Notes: generated from the letters alone by a model not told the origin. A DNA stretch of 56,736 nucleotides, filler included, from Sphacelaria rigidula (GCA_964200075.2; 6 parts of 6 records of this genome joined end to end with filler, not necessarily neighbours in it), one strand, 5' to 3'; shown: positions 25,837 through 39,949, numbered from the whole stretch's first letter. Numbers and translations: made by a program.

Positions 25837-26764
25837 CTGACAAAGTCCAACGGAGGAATTAGTGGAGTACCGTGGGGTTGGGTGAGTGACGTTCTCATGG
25901 TTTTAGGATCAGGGACGCCAAGTCCTCATGCATTACGCGAGACAAAACGGACCACCCATACGTCAAGCATGCTGATTTTCTTGTCAACATCGAACAGACT
26001 TCTTGTGTACAGTACAAATCAAAGAGAGCTGAGTAGTAGTGCTACTATTGTAGTAGAGTGTCCCGTATACTTTCATCATGCGTTATCTGAAAGTCGTGAT
26101 GACGCTATCATCTTTCAATATACACTGTGACTTTTTTTCATTCATATCCCCGCGCCACAGTAATCTACAGCCCTTCTAAGGAAGCACGCGAGATCAAAAC
26201 GTTCTCACAACATTTTGGACAATGACGATGTATGGTCAATAGTAGCAATAGACAAACGCGGTACATTTTTGTCTATTGCAACTATTGTATCGACCATATA
26301 TATATATATATATATATTGTCCAAGGTCTGAACGTTTCCGACGTGCAGTATGGTTCAGCTAAAGCAAACATACGTGAGAGATTTACTACTTTCCGGCAAC
26401 TTTCCGTATAATCCTTGGTCATCTCCCTCACCTCACGCGACTACATAAGCACGAACAGCTATATCTTATGCTGAAATTCGTACAAAGAGCTTGCTGACAG
26501 CTTATGTTACGCTTGATTGGAAAATGACTAAAACCTATTGCTCGACAACACCACCACCGCAAATACGCCAACCTGAACACGAAATCCTCCGTTGTCTCCG
26601 TCACGTCACACTGACTGCACGAAGTACGGGCAGCTAGCTACCTTGCGTACAAATTTATGTGACGAAACAATTGCGCAGTCATGCCACACCGTACGGGAGC
26701 ACAATATATTTCTCAGGTTTGAGTTGTTGGGCCGCTTCATACGAGGCGAGCAAAAACAAAATCC

Positions 26765-27185
26765 TGTAAAACCGCCTTTTTGGTCCTTCTGCGTCGCTTT
26801 ACGCCCTGAAATCAATGAGGGCTAGGCGGGTTTCGACACCTTGGAACGACTTGCTCCACTCGTTGGGGCCGTTTTGAGGCACCTTCGCGTTCTCCGGTGG
26901 TCGCGATTTTTTCGTTTTTTGCTAAAGTTGCATATGTGTCCAAGAACGATCAAGAACGATCACATCTAAAAAAACAAAAATGGCAGATTTTTCAGGACTG
27001 AACCGTCTTCGGACAAAAATACAAGTTTGGCCAAAAACGAAAAACTACGGCCACCGCCGAATGAAAAGGTGTCTTGGCACCGTCTAGATGTCTAGAGCAA
27101 GTCACCCCAAGGTGTCAGGACCCGCCTAGCGCTCTTTAATGTAAGAGCATAAAACGACGCAGATGGGCCAAAAAGGCCGGTTCAC
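26765..27185. mobile_element. Diverged relative of the 4005-4481 MITE
   Basis: Shares arm sequence gcctttttggtccttct..gtcg..ttacgcc and ccttgga..gacttgctc in inverted arrangement. Confidence 0.65.
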
Positions 27186-27911
27186 ATAAAAAAAAATCTC
27201 GTTTGCCACAACAAGAGGCCTCGGGAGCCCTTCACCTCATCCAAAGAAACTACGTATGAAACATGTGAGAGCACGCCCCGATTGACATTCCAATGGCCCA
27301 GGGATATCTCGAACGAATTTCGAAAACGGGAACGTCCTGACTGATATTCTTGTGTAGCTCCTACCTCTGGGAGCCCGTCAACGAGAAACGTCCGGGAAAA
27401 AATGTCAAACCCTTACCGTGGCATGACTATTTGCAGGCATTCTTTCTACGCACGAGTAGCACATGACTGGAAAGCATTTTCTACTCACAGGTGACAAACG
27501 TTTCAAAATTTCACCTCGACAACACCATCACACAGCTCTAACCCGAGCACGGGTACTCACAAAATGCAACGTATCCGAACCCTCAACTGCAAGTCTAACT
27601 CTCACAGCACATCGCTGGCCCACCGCCACCGTTGAGGCGTTCTGAAACCGTCGCGCATACCCCTCCGCGACTTTTTCGAAGTCGTGAAAGCCTCTACGAT
27701 CGCAAACCCAAAGCTCCACTCGGACGACCTCTCTCTTCCTATACCCGTTGTCATCATTCAAATACTCGAGTAAAACGCACACGCCTAAATGAACAAAATA
27801 CAACAAAACAACAACGAGTTATCCCCCAACCGCAACCGTTTCGTGTGAATTTTCAAAATACCCGAACGTAAGAAAATACGTTACCCACGACACTCTTGAA
27901 ACTGTGCATAC

Positions 27912-28157
27912 CTTCACCCTTACAGCCTCCTGAAATCGCCGCCCGTACGCCCTGCGCACGAGGAAGCCCCTGACTGCTCGCTGCACGGTGACCAACGCGG
28001 GAACGCCGAACTTCACCCAGGAGCGTTCTTCGCGCAGTTTTCGAGCGCGGCAGCGCGCCATAAAACCGCGCACCCCAGCCTGAATCGATCTTGTGGCATG
28101 CACGTGTTGTGCACACCACGCGGCGTACTGGCGTCCCACGTACCCTCGGAAAAGGGC
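27912..28157 (-). CDS. IQ calmodulin-binding repeat protein, internal exon a
   Basis: AG/GT bounded, phase 0, 82 codons. Motifs ALFRGYVGR, IQAGVRGFMAR, VQRAVRGFLVRR. Confidence 0.85.
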
Positions 28158-28960
28158 CTGATATTTTCAGAATAGCGAAAATAGTATTATCTGATTGCCC
28201 TCTCGAGACCTCAGCGCAAAAGGGAAGTGCAAGGTAAGCTGCAAGTATTTTTTTTGTCTGTTTGGTCGTATGAAGCACAGAAGAGTCATCCTACGATAGG
28301 GGGAGGGGTATTTGGTTGCNNNNNNNNNNNNNNNNNNNNNNNNNNNNNNNNNNNNNNNNNNNNTTAATTAATTAANNNNNNNNNNNNNNNNNNNNNNNNN
28401 NNNNNNNNNNNNNNNNNNNCCCCCCCCCCCCCGTTATGCTCCGTCTCGAAAGGGATGCGTGGTCAATGGTCAAATGACTAAGGCAAGCAACAAATGAGTA
28501 CGCCCCCCCCCCCCGTTGTCGTAGCATGACTCTCAAACCAATTTTTGAGTTGGGTGTACAATCCGATTCGGCAGTCGGGGCTCCTGCACGGGCATGGTGA
28601 ATTATTATTTGAATCCTGATCCCAAGTACTCAGGCGACTCGATTGCCACAATAATGGAGCGAATGATCCCCTAGGACACTGGGATCCCTGACAACAGGTG
28701 CAGAGCACAGAAAAACGAAAGATCTATATCTTCGCAAGTTTCATGATAATAACATATACTTCGAAGTAATATACGTGTGCAAAGTGCAAAGCTTCAGTCT
28801 TTGGGGTTATTGTAGTGAAGTCTGCGTACTGTAATGAGCGTGGACAAGCACGTCAAGGGGAATCAAACTTGTCGCCTACAACCCGAACTGCCCTCAGCAC
28901 ATTTTTACCGTCACCCCGGGCCGGAATCTTACCGCTACCATGTTGTTTATACATCCATAC

Positions 28961-29439
28961 CGTTCGTGGAAAGGTTCGTAGCCTGGATCACTTCTCCTGC
29001 CGAATGACACCTGTCCATGTGCGTGAGATGTGCGTCTGTGGCGGTAGACATTATCAGGTCCGCCGTGCTCATCCGAGTGCCTGTGTGAACGGTCATGATG
29101 GTCATCGCGCGGCTCGCGAGTACAACGCGTGTGGTGTCTTTCATCGTCCTCGGCAACCGAGCCGAGGCACGAATCTAGCTTCGCACTATGAGAGCTGAAC
29201 GCAAGATGAGCTAGACTAAGTGAATCGGTGGCAGCGGAGTCTGGACCACTGCAGTCGGCGGCCGCCCGAAAAGCGCCTTCGTCTTCGGTATCGCAGTCTC
29301 TGCCCAGCGTCGCGATTCTTAGGCTCGCTTCGTCAACGACGTCCATAGTATCAGCCGTACCTTTATCTTGCTGCATCATCTGTGGGATCACCACAGCACG
29401 TGGATTTCCTCCCGAAAAGCTCAGGTGGAGAGGTAAGAC
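28961..29439 (-). CDS. Candidate exon, low-complexity D/H/S-rich unknown protein
   Basis: 479-nt open frame between a TAG acceptor and a GTATG donor. No domain recognised. Confidence 0.4.
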
Positions 29440-32122
29440 CTAACAGGCAACATCACGCTCCTATCTCGGTCCCTCCACTCGATACTGAGGGTCGTTCAGC
29501 GGGCTGGCAAGTGTCTCGCAGTGCCGCGGTTTCCAGGAAAAAGAAACACAAAATGCCGCACCAAAGATATTTTCATTTTTTCCTTACGGTTTTCAATTTG
29601 AACTAATCGCTCAGACCCGCAGTAGTGTCCTGAAATGTCCCGCTAAGGAGGACGTCGGAAAAGACCGGCAGCGGGGTTCGACTATGTGAGGATCCTTTAG
29701 CAGGGCATCTTTTCACGCGTATTTTTCCCGAGTTCTCCCGATCAAACTCCCGGGAATAAATTCCGGCGATAGATTTTCGACGAAATCGGTAGTCATTCTT
29801 GATCCTTTCACAGGCAGAGGTGTGCATTTTTTTTTCAAATAGGCATTCCCTTCAGTCTTTTTTCAAGTGAAAGTCATGCCGATTCCACAAGTGGACCACG
29901 TCCGGCGATGAAAGGGTCGAATCGATCTTTCGCCTGCCATGGTCAAGAAATCTGCTCTCAAACTCTTCGGAGGAGAAAAAAATCCACACAGATCGTAGAT
30001 ATCGGGGGGGTACACCTGTTCGCAAGAACGACCCTATGTGGTGTGATCCTCGTCATCGACATCAACCACCACTGCCTACTCCAATCTCCTCTGGATGAGG
30101 GGTACCTCTGTCGCGCAACTCCGCACAATAGCAGCCCAGGCTACGAGCTGGGCCAGCCGTAAAATTTACAACCGCACAGCACACAACAGCTTCTTCTCAA
30201 GTTTCCCGAGTTAGCCCTATTCAACCCTTGCTTATGGAAGACGATTTTCGTTTTCGTGGATCGGCATCATTTTCACTCATTTCCAATTCAAAATGATGTC
30301 GATTCACGAAAACGAAAATTGTCAATGGGTTCCAAGAGGGGTAAGAATATCCTGTATTTTCATAGTATATCCCTATAATGTAATATATTTCCCCCATTGG
30401 AGCGCAGAAAAAAAACAAGATACAGTATATAAATGATGCTGGGATTCAGGGCGATTTCTTTTTACGACGGCTGACAGAACTTTTGCCAGGGGTCTTCGTG
30501 CCGTTATGTTTAGGTGCATCATTCATTGAGCATTCTCGCTCGTTTCGATAGCCACGCCCCCAAAGGGGTCGCGTGAGCACCAAGACTCATGTATGTGGTC
30601 GTACGTTTCTACATTCACGCGGGCGGGCATATTCATACTCGAAGCTGCGCACCATTCCTGTGGTGTGGGAAAGTTGAGTGAGTACGGCACGCAATAGAGG
30701 AAGCACTGCGGCGGGCTCCTTGCGCTACGGGTAGTGCACGATAGAGGATTTGTTTTTTTCCCGTTGAGTCGCTTGCACTCCGTGAGTACGACGATGTCCA
30801 TTCAACAACATCGAAAGTTGATGACGGAGAACCCGTATGAGCAAAAGCGTCTGCATCTCTACACGCACACCCTTCACCTCCCCTAGCCGGATCTTCTTAA
30901 ACCCACCTCTCCTTGTGCGGTGGGACAAGGCCAGGAAGAACATCTGGCAAAACATTGCCGTAACGAGTGCAACTGAAGTTATCATTAACAGAGCTACATA
31001 CAGTTACAGCAGAGTAGATTTACGGGCGGTTTTTCACATGAAAGACGAACAATGCAGCGATCAACATGGTCATCAAGACATGACGAAACACCAACAGTAC
31101 AGCCGGCAGGCACCAATAGTACTGTTGTGATGGAACTCCCATCACCACCCTCTCAGGGGTATTGATGGCGGGTTTATTTTTTCCGAAAAATTCGAAACTT
31201 TCGGGGAGGGGGGGGGGGGAAGAAATCTCCGAAAATTGTGTGATCATATTTCTCAAATAGGCCAGGTAATAGATCGGTTCAAAACTGCCTACAGACTTCT
31301 CCGAAAGTCTAACGTCGGCGCTTTTTCAGCAACTTATGTTTTGGGAGGAGTCGGGAAAGAAATCCAATTCGTCGCTAAAAGTTGTGGTGAAAAAGGGAGC
31401 AAATTACCCTGCGAATAAGACACCTGAACACAGATGAACAACACAATTGCGTAATAGTCTGAACCTTGCAAAAATCCCTCAGCGATACCGTGCGACTCTG
31501 TCATGAGCCGACCATTCTCCCCGGGAGGCGCTCCCCCACCCCCGGACACTGGACAACAAGCGCTCCGTCTTCTCGACGACCGATGGTTGTTATGCCTCAA
31601 ACAGCCTCACAGTATTGCCAGCACTAGAGACACCAGACACCAGCTACATATGGGTTTGTCTACCTACAGCAAAGGACAAGCGATGCTATGGGGAAACAGT
31701 TCTTTCACACGCTGTTCGCACACACACAGTCCAACCCAACGCAAGTGAGCAGGGGAGTGTGCACGAAAATGTCCGAGCTAAGCCAACAGCACCAGGCGTG
31801 AGGCAACAACGCTACGCCCATAGCGGGCGTGTTCCCAATGCAGGCACACCTTCGACGCCGAAAAAAAAACAGAACAGGGCGGTTGAACCTTCTTCCCCTG
31901 CACATCTAGGTAGGGAGCCAATAGAGCATTCGGGAACTGAACCAAGCACCGTCCAACTACACGGGTGCGAGGGCGGGAGGGGGGGCGTGGGGGGCGTACT
32001 CATTCGTTGCTTGTCTTAGTCGTTTGACCATGGACCACGCATCCCTTTCGAGACGGAGCAGGTGCGGGGGAGCGGGAGGGGGGGAGGGGAGGAGTGACAT
32101 ATTCCATCACTGACGGAGAGAA

Positions 32123-32286
32123 CTAAGAGCAACATCCTTCGGCTTGTGGGAACTCGGGCACTGGCCTAGTCTTGCTTTTGGTGTTCAATCCCTTCTTGGT
32201 AGCTCCCCCGCTCCCTTTGCCAGACCCCTTCGGCTTGGATTTTTTGCCGGCGCCAATCTTCCTTCCCCTCGGCGTCGCGACTGCAT
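32123..32286 (-). CDS. Derlin, probable terminal exon
   Basis: Phase-1 CAG acceptor: DAVATPRGRKIGAGKKSKPK...EGCCS*. GRKIG resembles the SHP-box tail. The alternative is read-through of the previous exon to the stop at 32790. Confidence 0.6.
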
Positions 32287-32815
32287 CTGAGTTTCGGGCG
32301 TGAGGGGGCAACGCATACCGTACACTTTATGCACGCGCTAATAAATGAAAGTGCATGTTGAACGACTCCTTGAATTACACAGCATTGGGGTGGGGAATTT
32401 GTGCTGTGCTATCACCGCGCACACGAAAACGAGGACAACGAACGAAATACACACGCATATACTCACGTACACACATCGCTCGGTCAGGGGGCGCTTCTGC
32501 ATCACGTGCAGCGTTGTGTACAGTGTACAGTGTACAGTACCGCAGCAAGACGACGCGACACCAGAAAATGTTTGTGAAACAAACAAACAAACAAACAAAA
32601 TATATTTTGAAGATTAGATTGATGGTGAACCATTTTTGAACAGGGGAAACGGGCACCAGACGACGATTTTGAAGCAACTCCGCCGAGTTTCTCCGGGATT
32701 TTGCATCGAACATGACGGACATTTTCTTCGATCGAGTTGACGGCGTCCGAACGATTATGTGAGAAACACCGAGGCAGTTAACAAACACGTTACACTCCTA
32801 CTCCGAGAATCTCAC

Positions 32816-33013
32816 CTTCGTCAGGGCTTTGCATGAAGTTCGGATTATCTCCACCGTCCAAACGCCGTTTCATCCAGGCGGGCGCACCGAGCCTCCTCTT
32901 AGCCCCCATGAGCGGATGGACCACCGTGAAAAAGTGGTAAACGTGCCCGCACAGGATACCCAGCAAATGAGGGATTGCAGCCAGGGGGTTGCCCTCCGCT
33001 TGCAGCACAGCGG
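32816..33013 (-). CDS. Derlin, internal exon (last TM helix)
   Basis: AAVLQAEGNPLAAIPHLLGILCGHVYHFFTVVHP...APAWM, matching the derlin LxGxxxGHxYxF...P motif. CAG acceptor, GTGAG donor. Confidence 0.85.
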
Positions 33014-34113
33014 CTGCAGCCGAAAAGGACAAGTTGAGAGAAGTTAGCAGACAGGCGGCCGGACGAACGTTCGGACAGCCAAGTAGACAGACGAGAGAGA
33101 AACGCAGGGAAAACAGTGAATGGGTACAGGAGTTTAAATTATAGTTGGACAAATGCACGTTGCCCTGATCAAGCCCTTCCTGGCATTCCGAGTACGGCGG
33201 CTAAAGATTGCGGACTGAGTAAGATCCATGCAAAGTTTTGATTGATGCGTTGCTAGTTTTTCATGAGATGCATCCGCCAAGATGAATTTCACGGTCAGAC
33301 CAGACTTGCACGCACTCGTGGAAGATTCGGGAATGCCACACAAGGTTTGATCACTTCGTTGTCTCTCGTGCATGCACACGCGAGCACACTCGAGTACGAA
33401 GCGTCCGCACAGACAGCTACGGCTGCTCAACATAAAATAGCCAGTGTAATGGCACACCAAAACTCAAAAGCGTTCTACAAGCGTACAATCACCATCACAA
33501 GCACCCATACCGCGTTGCACACACTGCACAACAGCAGTGAACGCATCACATGGTACAGGTGGCGCTCTTGTAGTGAACTGGTAGTGATGGCGCTGTATGT
33601 ATTGCTAGTATATGTCGCAGCCGTGGCCATCAGTCGTCTACAACTTGACACGCGCATTGCCTTCTCCAGTTTTTTCTTTTTCGTTTGTTTTCGTTATGCC
33701 TTCGACGGCTCCTCCATCTTTACGCACAGACAATGCAACAGACATGACCAACAAACGTATGCGTGCGTATGTACACATGTGGCATAGCAATGCTGTACTC
33801 GCCCCCCAAAACCCAGGATTGCTTTCAGCAAGCTGGGGCTGATGTGTGAAACTCCTCATGACTCGCAGCACGAGCAGCATATTTTTTGGTGAGCGATATA
33901 AACATCAACATCAACGTGCCCGATCCATGATAGTCCGAAAGTACTTTTTGGCTGCTGCGAGTGGAGAAAGGGTGCAACACAGCCCTCCTCGAATATTTTT
34001 ACATGGGACAAAAACAAATGTGAGCAACAAAGCTTGGGGGTGCGCTCCAGCCTCGGAGAGCGAGGTGCTTGCTTACATGGCCAAAGTTACCATCCATTAC
34101 ATGGCCAATGTTG

Positions 34114-34607
34114 CACGGTTAGGACGAATCAGAGTTCATAGGAGTTGACTACCCATGAAATGACAGGATCCAACCACATGCCGACTGTTGGTCCCCCGCA
34201 TGCACCCGACGGTGGATAACATATGCAGTGCAGTCATCTCAACCGCAATACAGATTGGGAGAAAGATACGCCAGATGCGAGGCCCATGAAATGAGAGGAT
34301 TCAACGATGTGCCGTCTCTACGTCCCGCACGGGTCATACGCATGGCATGTATGAACATGCCTTTCACGCCTCATGGTAAGTGTGGGTGGCATGTACAATC
34401 GATTCATTCGAATTGCAGTACAGGGGATGAATATGTGCCCATGATATACCCTGTCACGGAAGGTAGGAAACAGGTACCGTTGGCGGTGTACTGCACGACT
34501 CAAGAGCTCAAAATCTGTAAAAATTACAAATGATGTAGGAATCGTATGACTTTTTCGTTGAAATGATGAACATGATTTGAATCACGATTTGATTCGTCCC
34601 GACCGTG
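34114..34607. mobile_element. hAT-type MITE
   Basis: TIR CACGGTTAGGACGAATCA, perfect 8-bp TSD CAATGTTG (34106-34113, 34608-34615). Inserted into a 24-bp minisatellite. Confidence 0.88.
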
Positions 34608-35707
34608 CAATGTTGCCATCCATCACATGGCCAATGTTACCATCCATTGCATGTGCCAATGTTACCATTCACTGTTACCAGTACTACTGTATAGTGCAGT
34701 CAGTACAGCACGGAGTTTTGCAAATCTTCATGCCCCTACATGGTGCCCTCGTGTGTAGACACGTGACGTGCTGTACTGTACTGTCATAAGGAACTCCAAG
34801 ACTCAAGACCGACAGATTTGAAGCACGGGACTTTTGTACTGAGACTGATGCCTTTGCAACACTAACATAATTGAGCGCTTGTCACCCGGAGCGTGTCATT
34901 TTTGGACGAAACTGACCCATCCCATCAAACTGGGAATACATTTTTGTATGTGCCCGCTCTGTGCTTGTGGATTCTTCTTTGACCCTCGGTATTCATGATT
35001 GATTGCGGTTGGTCTCCTTCTTGTTCATGTTTGTTTTGTTTTTTTCAAGTTTCGAAACAATGAGGCATCTGACCCGGGGATGGGAAGGAAGGATTCCAAA
35101 ACGACTTTATACAAATTCATGAAATAAGCGCAGAATGTGCGAGTCAACATTTACGAACATTTTTATGCGCTACTATGGTGCAAATCAGGCCCACACCTTT
35201 CGGTTGTGAAACATGGGCCTCAATCTTCGGTTCGCCCCTACAGTGGCGGGGGTGGCTATCGCCTGGGTTCAGAGCCCTCCCACTAATGATTCGATTTTAG
35301 TGTCAGCCAAGTCACGAGATAAGACACAGTCGATGGGCGACGTAATGAACATTTGGTCACATTCTACCCCTGTTAGTCCCATATTGTACCGTACCCATAT
35401 TCACTCGAGTACTATACGATACCCATTTTCTCTCGAGTTGTGAGTTCTGACGGCCGAGTACCTGACTCCAGAGCGGGTCAGATAACTACAAGAGACGGCT
35501 GTCGTCTACATGTTCGCGTTCACAGAATGGGCGCGCCGACCGCTATACTAGAGCACCAACCAGAAATACGAACACACTAGAGCGGAATCGTGGCGCGCCT
35601 ACTGCACACTCGGGTGAATTCAACCTCACGAACAATCAATTTCCAAGGGCAGGAAACATAACAACGCTGTATACTTCACCGGACTGTATTAATAGTACAG
35701 AACGCAC

Positions 35708-35784
35708 CTCCCATCTGAGCGAAGGGCAACGTCCACAGGGGTATCTTGAGGAACTGGAACTGAATGAAGCCGAGAGGGTCCATC
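35708..35784 (-). CDS. Derlin, internal exon
   Basis: Phases 2 and 1 match neighbouring exons. MDPLGFIQFQFLKIPLWTLPFAQMG resembles the derlin NP...YLPW segment. Confidence 0.8.
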
Positions 35785-36911
35785 CTGATAACTCGAGAAA
35801 AATCGAGCAAGCAGAAGAGCAAATATTTTAGCCAAGACCGCCAACGAGTGGTGGTTGGGTGAATGACATTTTTGGATGAAAAATTACGCTACAATATATT
35901 TCTCAACGAACACCTCAAGCACTGAAATGTCAACGTAGACTACGGAAGCAAAGTACTTGAGACAGTAAGAAGTAGGACGTCGCGGTGTAGAGAACTTCAC
36001 GAATGGAATAGCGCGGAAGGGTGAAGAATTTTCTGAAGCGGGACCTAGCTGAAAGGTCGGCGCTTATCGTGCAATTTCGACAACACGAGTAAACGCAGAT
36101 GGGTATTCACGGCAAAAGAGCATGGACATCTGTGAAGGAGAGAACAATGCAGCAGTGTTCCATGGCGGATGTCTCCCGAAGAGCGCCAACACGAAAACGA
36201 CAAGACACCAACGAGTTATCAGGTACCATCGGGTGGGTTTCGACACGAGGATAACGTAAGCGGAAGAACCAACGACTGAAAAAAAACTACCGTGTAAAAC
36301 ACCATACACAACCTACACGAGGCCAAGGTTAATGAATGGGCATGGACAACAAAAACAATATCTGCAGGAAATTAAAAAACAAAAACAAACGTGATTTCAG
36401 TCCCGGTAGCATGAAAAAGTTGGCACAGATGAACCAGCTCGACCCCCAACCCCTAGAAAACCGTTCGAAACCGGAGCTTTCTTCACACGAAAACGAAGCG
36501 CGGTCGGGGGTTGGTCGACAGCTTCATGTGGCGAATATCTTGGAAAACACCTTTGAAAACACACAACAGACAATAAACTCGCGCAAAAAAAAATAGCACG
36601 CGTAAAAGAGTTCCGGGATACCACCATTACGACTGCGCGTAAAAAGAGCTACGGGATACCACCATAACGACTTCAATCGGCGCCAAAACGCCTCAGAGCG
36701 TACGAGGGCTAAGTTACGACGACGACTCCATTTCACAGTTTCTGGTCGATAGCATTTCTCCGGGAATGTCGTGCTTCCAATGACATGATCTCCCACGACT
36801 CGAGGAATAGTGCACACGAGGTGGTGGAGAGGACCTCGGTCCGTGCAGAGACCACGTGTAACACATCACCGATCCCATTACCGCCTTCATGCTTTCAGGA
36901 GACGGACGCAC

Positions 36912-37000
36912 CTCGAAGAGACGTAGGTATGCGCGGCCACCATGGGGGTGGACAGGAAGGGCATGCCGATCAGAGGTCCCACGAGCAGCAGCAAAGCTCC
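36912..37000 (-). CDS. Derlin (Der1-family) protein, internal exon; 5' exons lie outside the contig
   Basis: CAG/GT bounded: GALLLLVGPLIGMPFLSTPMVAAHTYVSSR, resembling the derlin FL...YVWSR segment. Confidence 0.8.
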
Positions 37001-37699
37001 CTGCACACATACATACAAATACACACGTGTGAGACAGACAGAGACAGAGAGACGGATACAGAGAGACAGGGATTGCGGAATTATTCACGATGAAAATAAG
37101 GTGGCGTTCATGGCCATCCAAGCCTACAGCAGTTGAAATAAACCGGCCAGTTTGTTGCTTGACCCCCAATATCGGACTTGATCTTCAGCGGCGCTTTGAT
37201 TCGCACATTTTTTTCGTCTCTGTGTATGTGTATGTGTGTGTGTGGAGGCGTGTATATTCGTCTCATTTATTCTGGACGCCTACACCTTCCCGTGTAGATG
37301 GGTGCCCTAGCCGGGGGTCACGCCTGAGGAAGGTCACACAGGAGTTTTTTTTTTTTTTCCTTCAATGTTCCTACTGCGGTGCTTGCCTTATGGTGGTGTT
37401 TATTTTACTTTCCAAGCGCAAGAGTCCATGCCGTGATAGTCATGAGTCAGCAGCGAAACAACAACATGATTTGCACCAGGAAACAAAAAAACACTACTGC
37501 AGGCGGTAAGGCTGGCAAAATAAACAGTTTGCAAACGCCCACGAGACTCGCATCACAAAAGCAAAAAAAAAATGATTTTTCCAAAGTACAGCCGAGGAGA
37601 CGGGGTACATTTTACCGTGCCATTCTCCGCAATGACGCATTCGTAGTGAACTGTTTTCCCCGAAATAAAATGGCTGCGCCGGGATGGCGCAGGCCGTAG

Positions 37700-37737
<38 letters not shown>

Positions 37738-39224
37738 CCGCCGCGCGTCGGCGCGGTCTCGGGGGCCGCGGGTGGCTGGGGGCGGCCAGCAGNNNNNNNN
37801 NNNNNNNNNNNNNNNNNNNNNNNNNNNNNNNNNNNNTTAATTAATTAANNNNNNNNNNNNNNNNNNNNNNNNNNNNNNNNNNNNNNNNNNNNGATGCGAG
37901 GTCAATGGCCTGATGACTATGGCATGCATGATCATGAGTACACCCACCCCCCAAGTGTGTAAAATTGATCACCATCGGGGATCGGATGGAGAACAAGCGT
38001 TGCAGCGCGGTCCAGGTAAATAGAATAATACGTGCAACCGATGGTTTTCCTGTAATTGGGCCGCCATGTAGGCGGACAAGTATGCAAATGTGCGGGAGTA
38101 TTGACGAAACGACGATATGTACATGTAAGGCTGGGATGGGCAGTATATGGGTTGATCGCTCGATACACGGACTCATCCGGAGGATGGAGATTCCATGTTG
38201 CAGCAGTACAGTACTAGTCAGTCTACTTTCGGCTGCGCATATCAGGTGTTCGCCTGTCTGTGCGGCGGGATTGTCTATCGTAATACCACCGCATTGTGTG
38301 AAACGGAACGTCTCCAGACACGCTATCGCACAAAGACTGGGGGACGTACTCGGTACTCAATGCAGTACAAAAACATCATCGCCAAAAGTGCGCCAATCGA
38401 GCAGCGGCGGTGCCGTATGTTACCAGGTTAGTCTGCAGTTCACAGCGATATGCTCAACTCGCGCTGATTTGGGAAACTTGAAGAGTTGTGGTGTGGAGAG
38501 AGAGTGTGGGATTTACTGCCGGCCCAACTCGTAGTACCCGCGGTCGAACAAGACAAAACGAGGAGGAAAAAAGACGCTGGAAGCTACTTCTCGTCATGGG
38601 GGCAAGAGTATCATCATATTTTTTTCTCGAGATTTCGTCGAAAGGGGCTTCACAACATGGACAAAAGCAGGCTTCTCAAAACTGTTTTGGGCTCTCCATC
38701 ATACAGCGTGAAATAAGGCAAAAACAGCGCGCGGGGACGGAGAGGAGGAGGAAGCAAGACACGCCTGCACACACAGAAAAAACATGTGTTCGTTAATTTA
38801 CACGCCTACACCCTTTTGGAACCCTTGATGGGAAAGTGACGATTTTACAAAGTCCCATATGCGAGCTTTCGTCACCAGGGAAACGTCACTTGGAGTTTGG
38901 TGCACGAATATGTCACATTAGCATACTAGAACTTAGAGTGGCGCACCGTTTTGGAGGGCTGCATCAACACTTGGAGAAAATTGACCATATCTTACCAAAG
39001 AAGACGTCAATTATGAATCGTCACTTTTTCATCAACGGTTCCAAGAGGGTTAAACCCGCTCGACAACATAAATTACCGCACGGGGGGGGGAGGGGATGCG
39101 TGCTCATCTGTTGTTTGCCTTGTTGTCTCACCATTGATCACGCATTCCTTTCGAGACGGAGCACCGTCCCTACTCCTAATAGGGCCACCTTCAACATTCC
39201 GGCGCTCATTGCGTTTCTTCCATT

Positions 39225-39720
39225 GATTGGTTGATTGATTGATTGTCCCAATGCTGCTCTCAATACTGTATTCACTGGTCGTTTTTGAGAATCCAAGTAT
39301 TTTCCTGGCCGTTGTCATCTGTACTGTTCCCAGCTGCTTTCACCAACTTCACGTTACCTTCCCATACCTCTCCTGCACCATCCAGCTTCGTTACAATCGC
39401 CTTGATAACAATGCATCACGTAATCCTAGTGTCGAGGTGCAAGTCTTTTAGGATTACGTCCATCCTGCCCATCTGTGCCTCACCCTTTCTCATTAATGTG
39501 TCTATGTGTGCATCTCAACAACAGTTTTTGATATCTCTACGCCAAGGCATGTATACTGACCTACGATCGGCAATTCCTCTTCTCCCCACTTGCATTTGAA
39601 CTCTATCGGATTTTTCTTATCCTCGTTACATACAAGTACCACGCATTTGCTTACGTTCGCGGTCACTCTCCATTTTCTAGTGTATTCTAGCGCCGTACTC
39701 GTTTTGTTTCTGCAGTCCTT
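39225..39720 (-). mobile_element. Decayed LINE fragment (post-RT region) ending next to a (CAAT)n tract
   Basis: Homologous to 18947-19240 (YxYLG, TVQMxAARKILG motifs), with stops and frameshifts. Confidence 0.75.
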
Positions 39721-39949
39721 CTGATATCAATCCCGATATCGCATCTTCCCCCCCCCCCCTGACTCCCTGCTTTGCTGCTTATATTTCCTCGTTTAGGAAG
39801 GATGTGTCATCTTCTTCACCATTCTCCAAATCCTTCCTCTGATACCCGCTTCCCACATCTGATCCAGCAGCCCAATTCCCCACGTTGTGTCAGGTATCTT
39901 GTATGTCCAAAAATGAACAGTACATTGCTAGCCCGGCGTCTTTCCTCCC

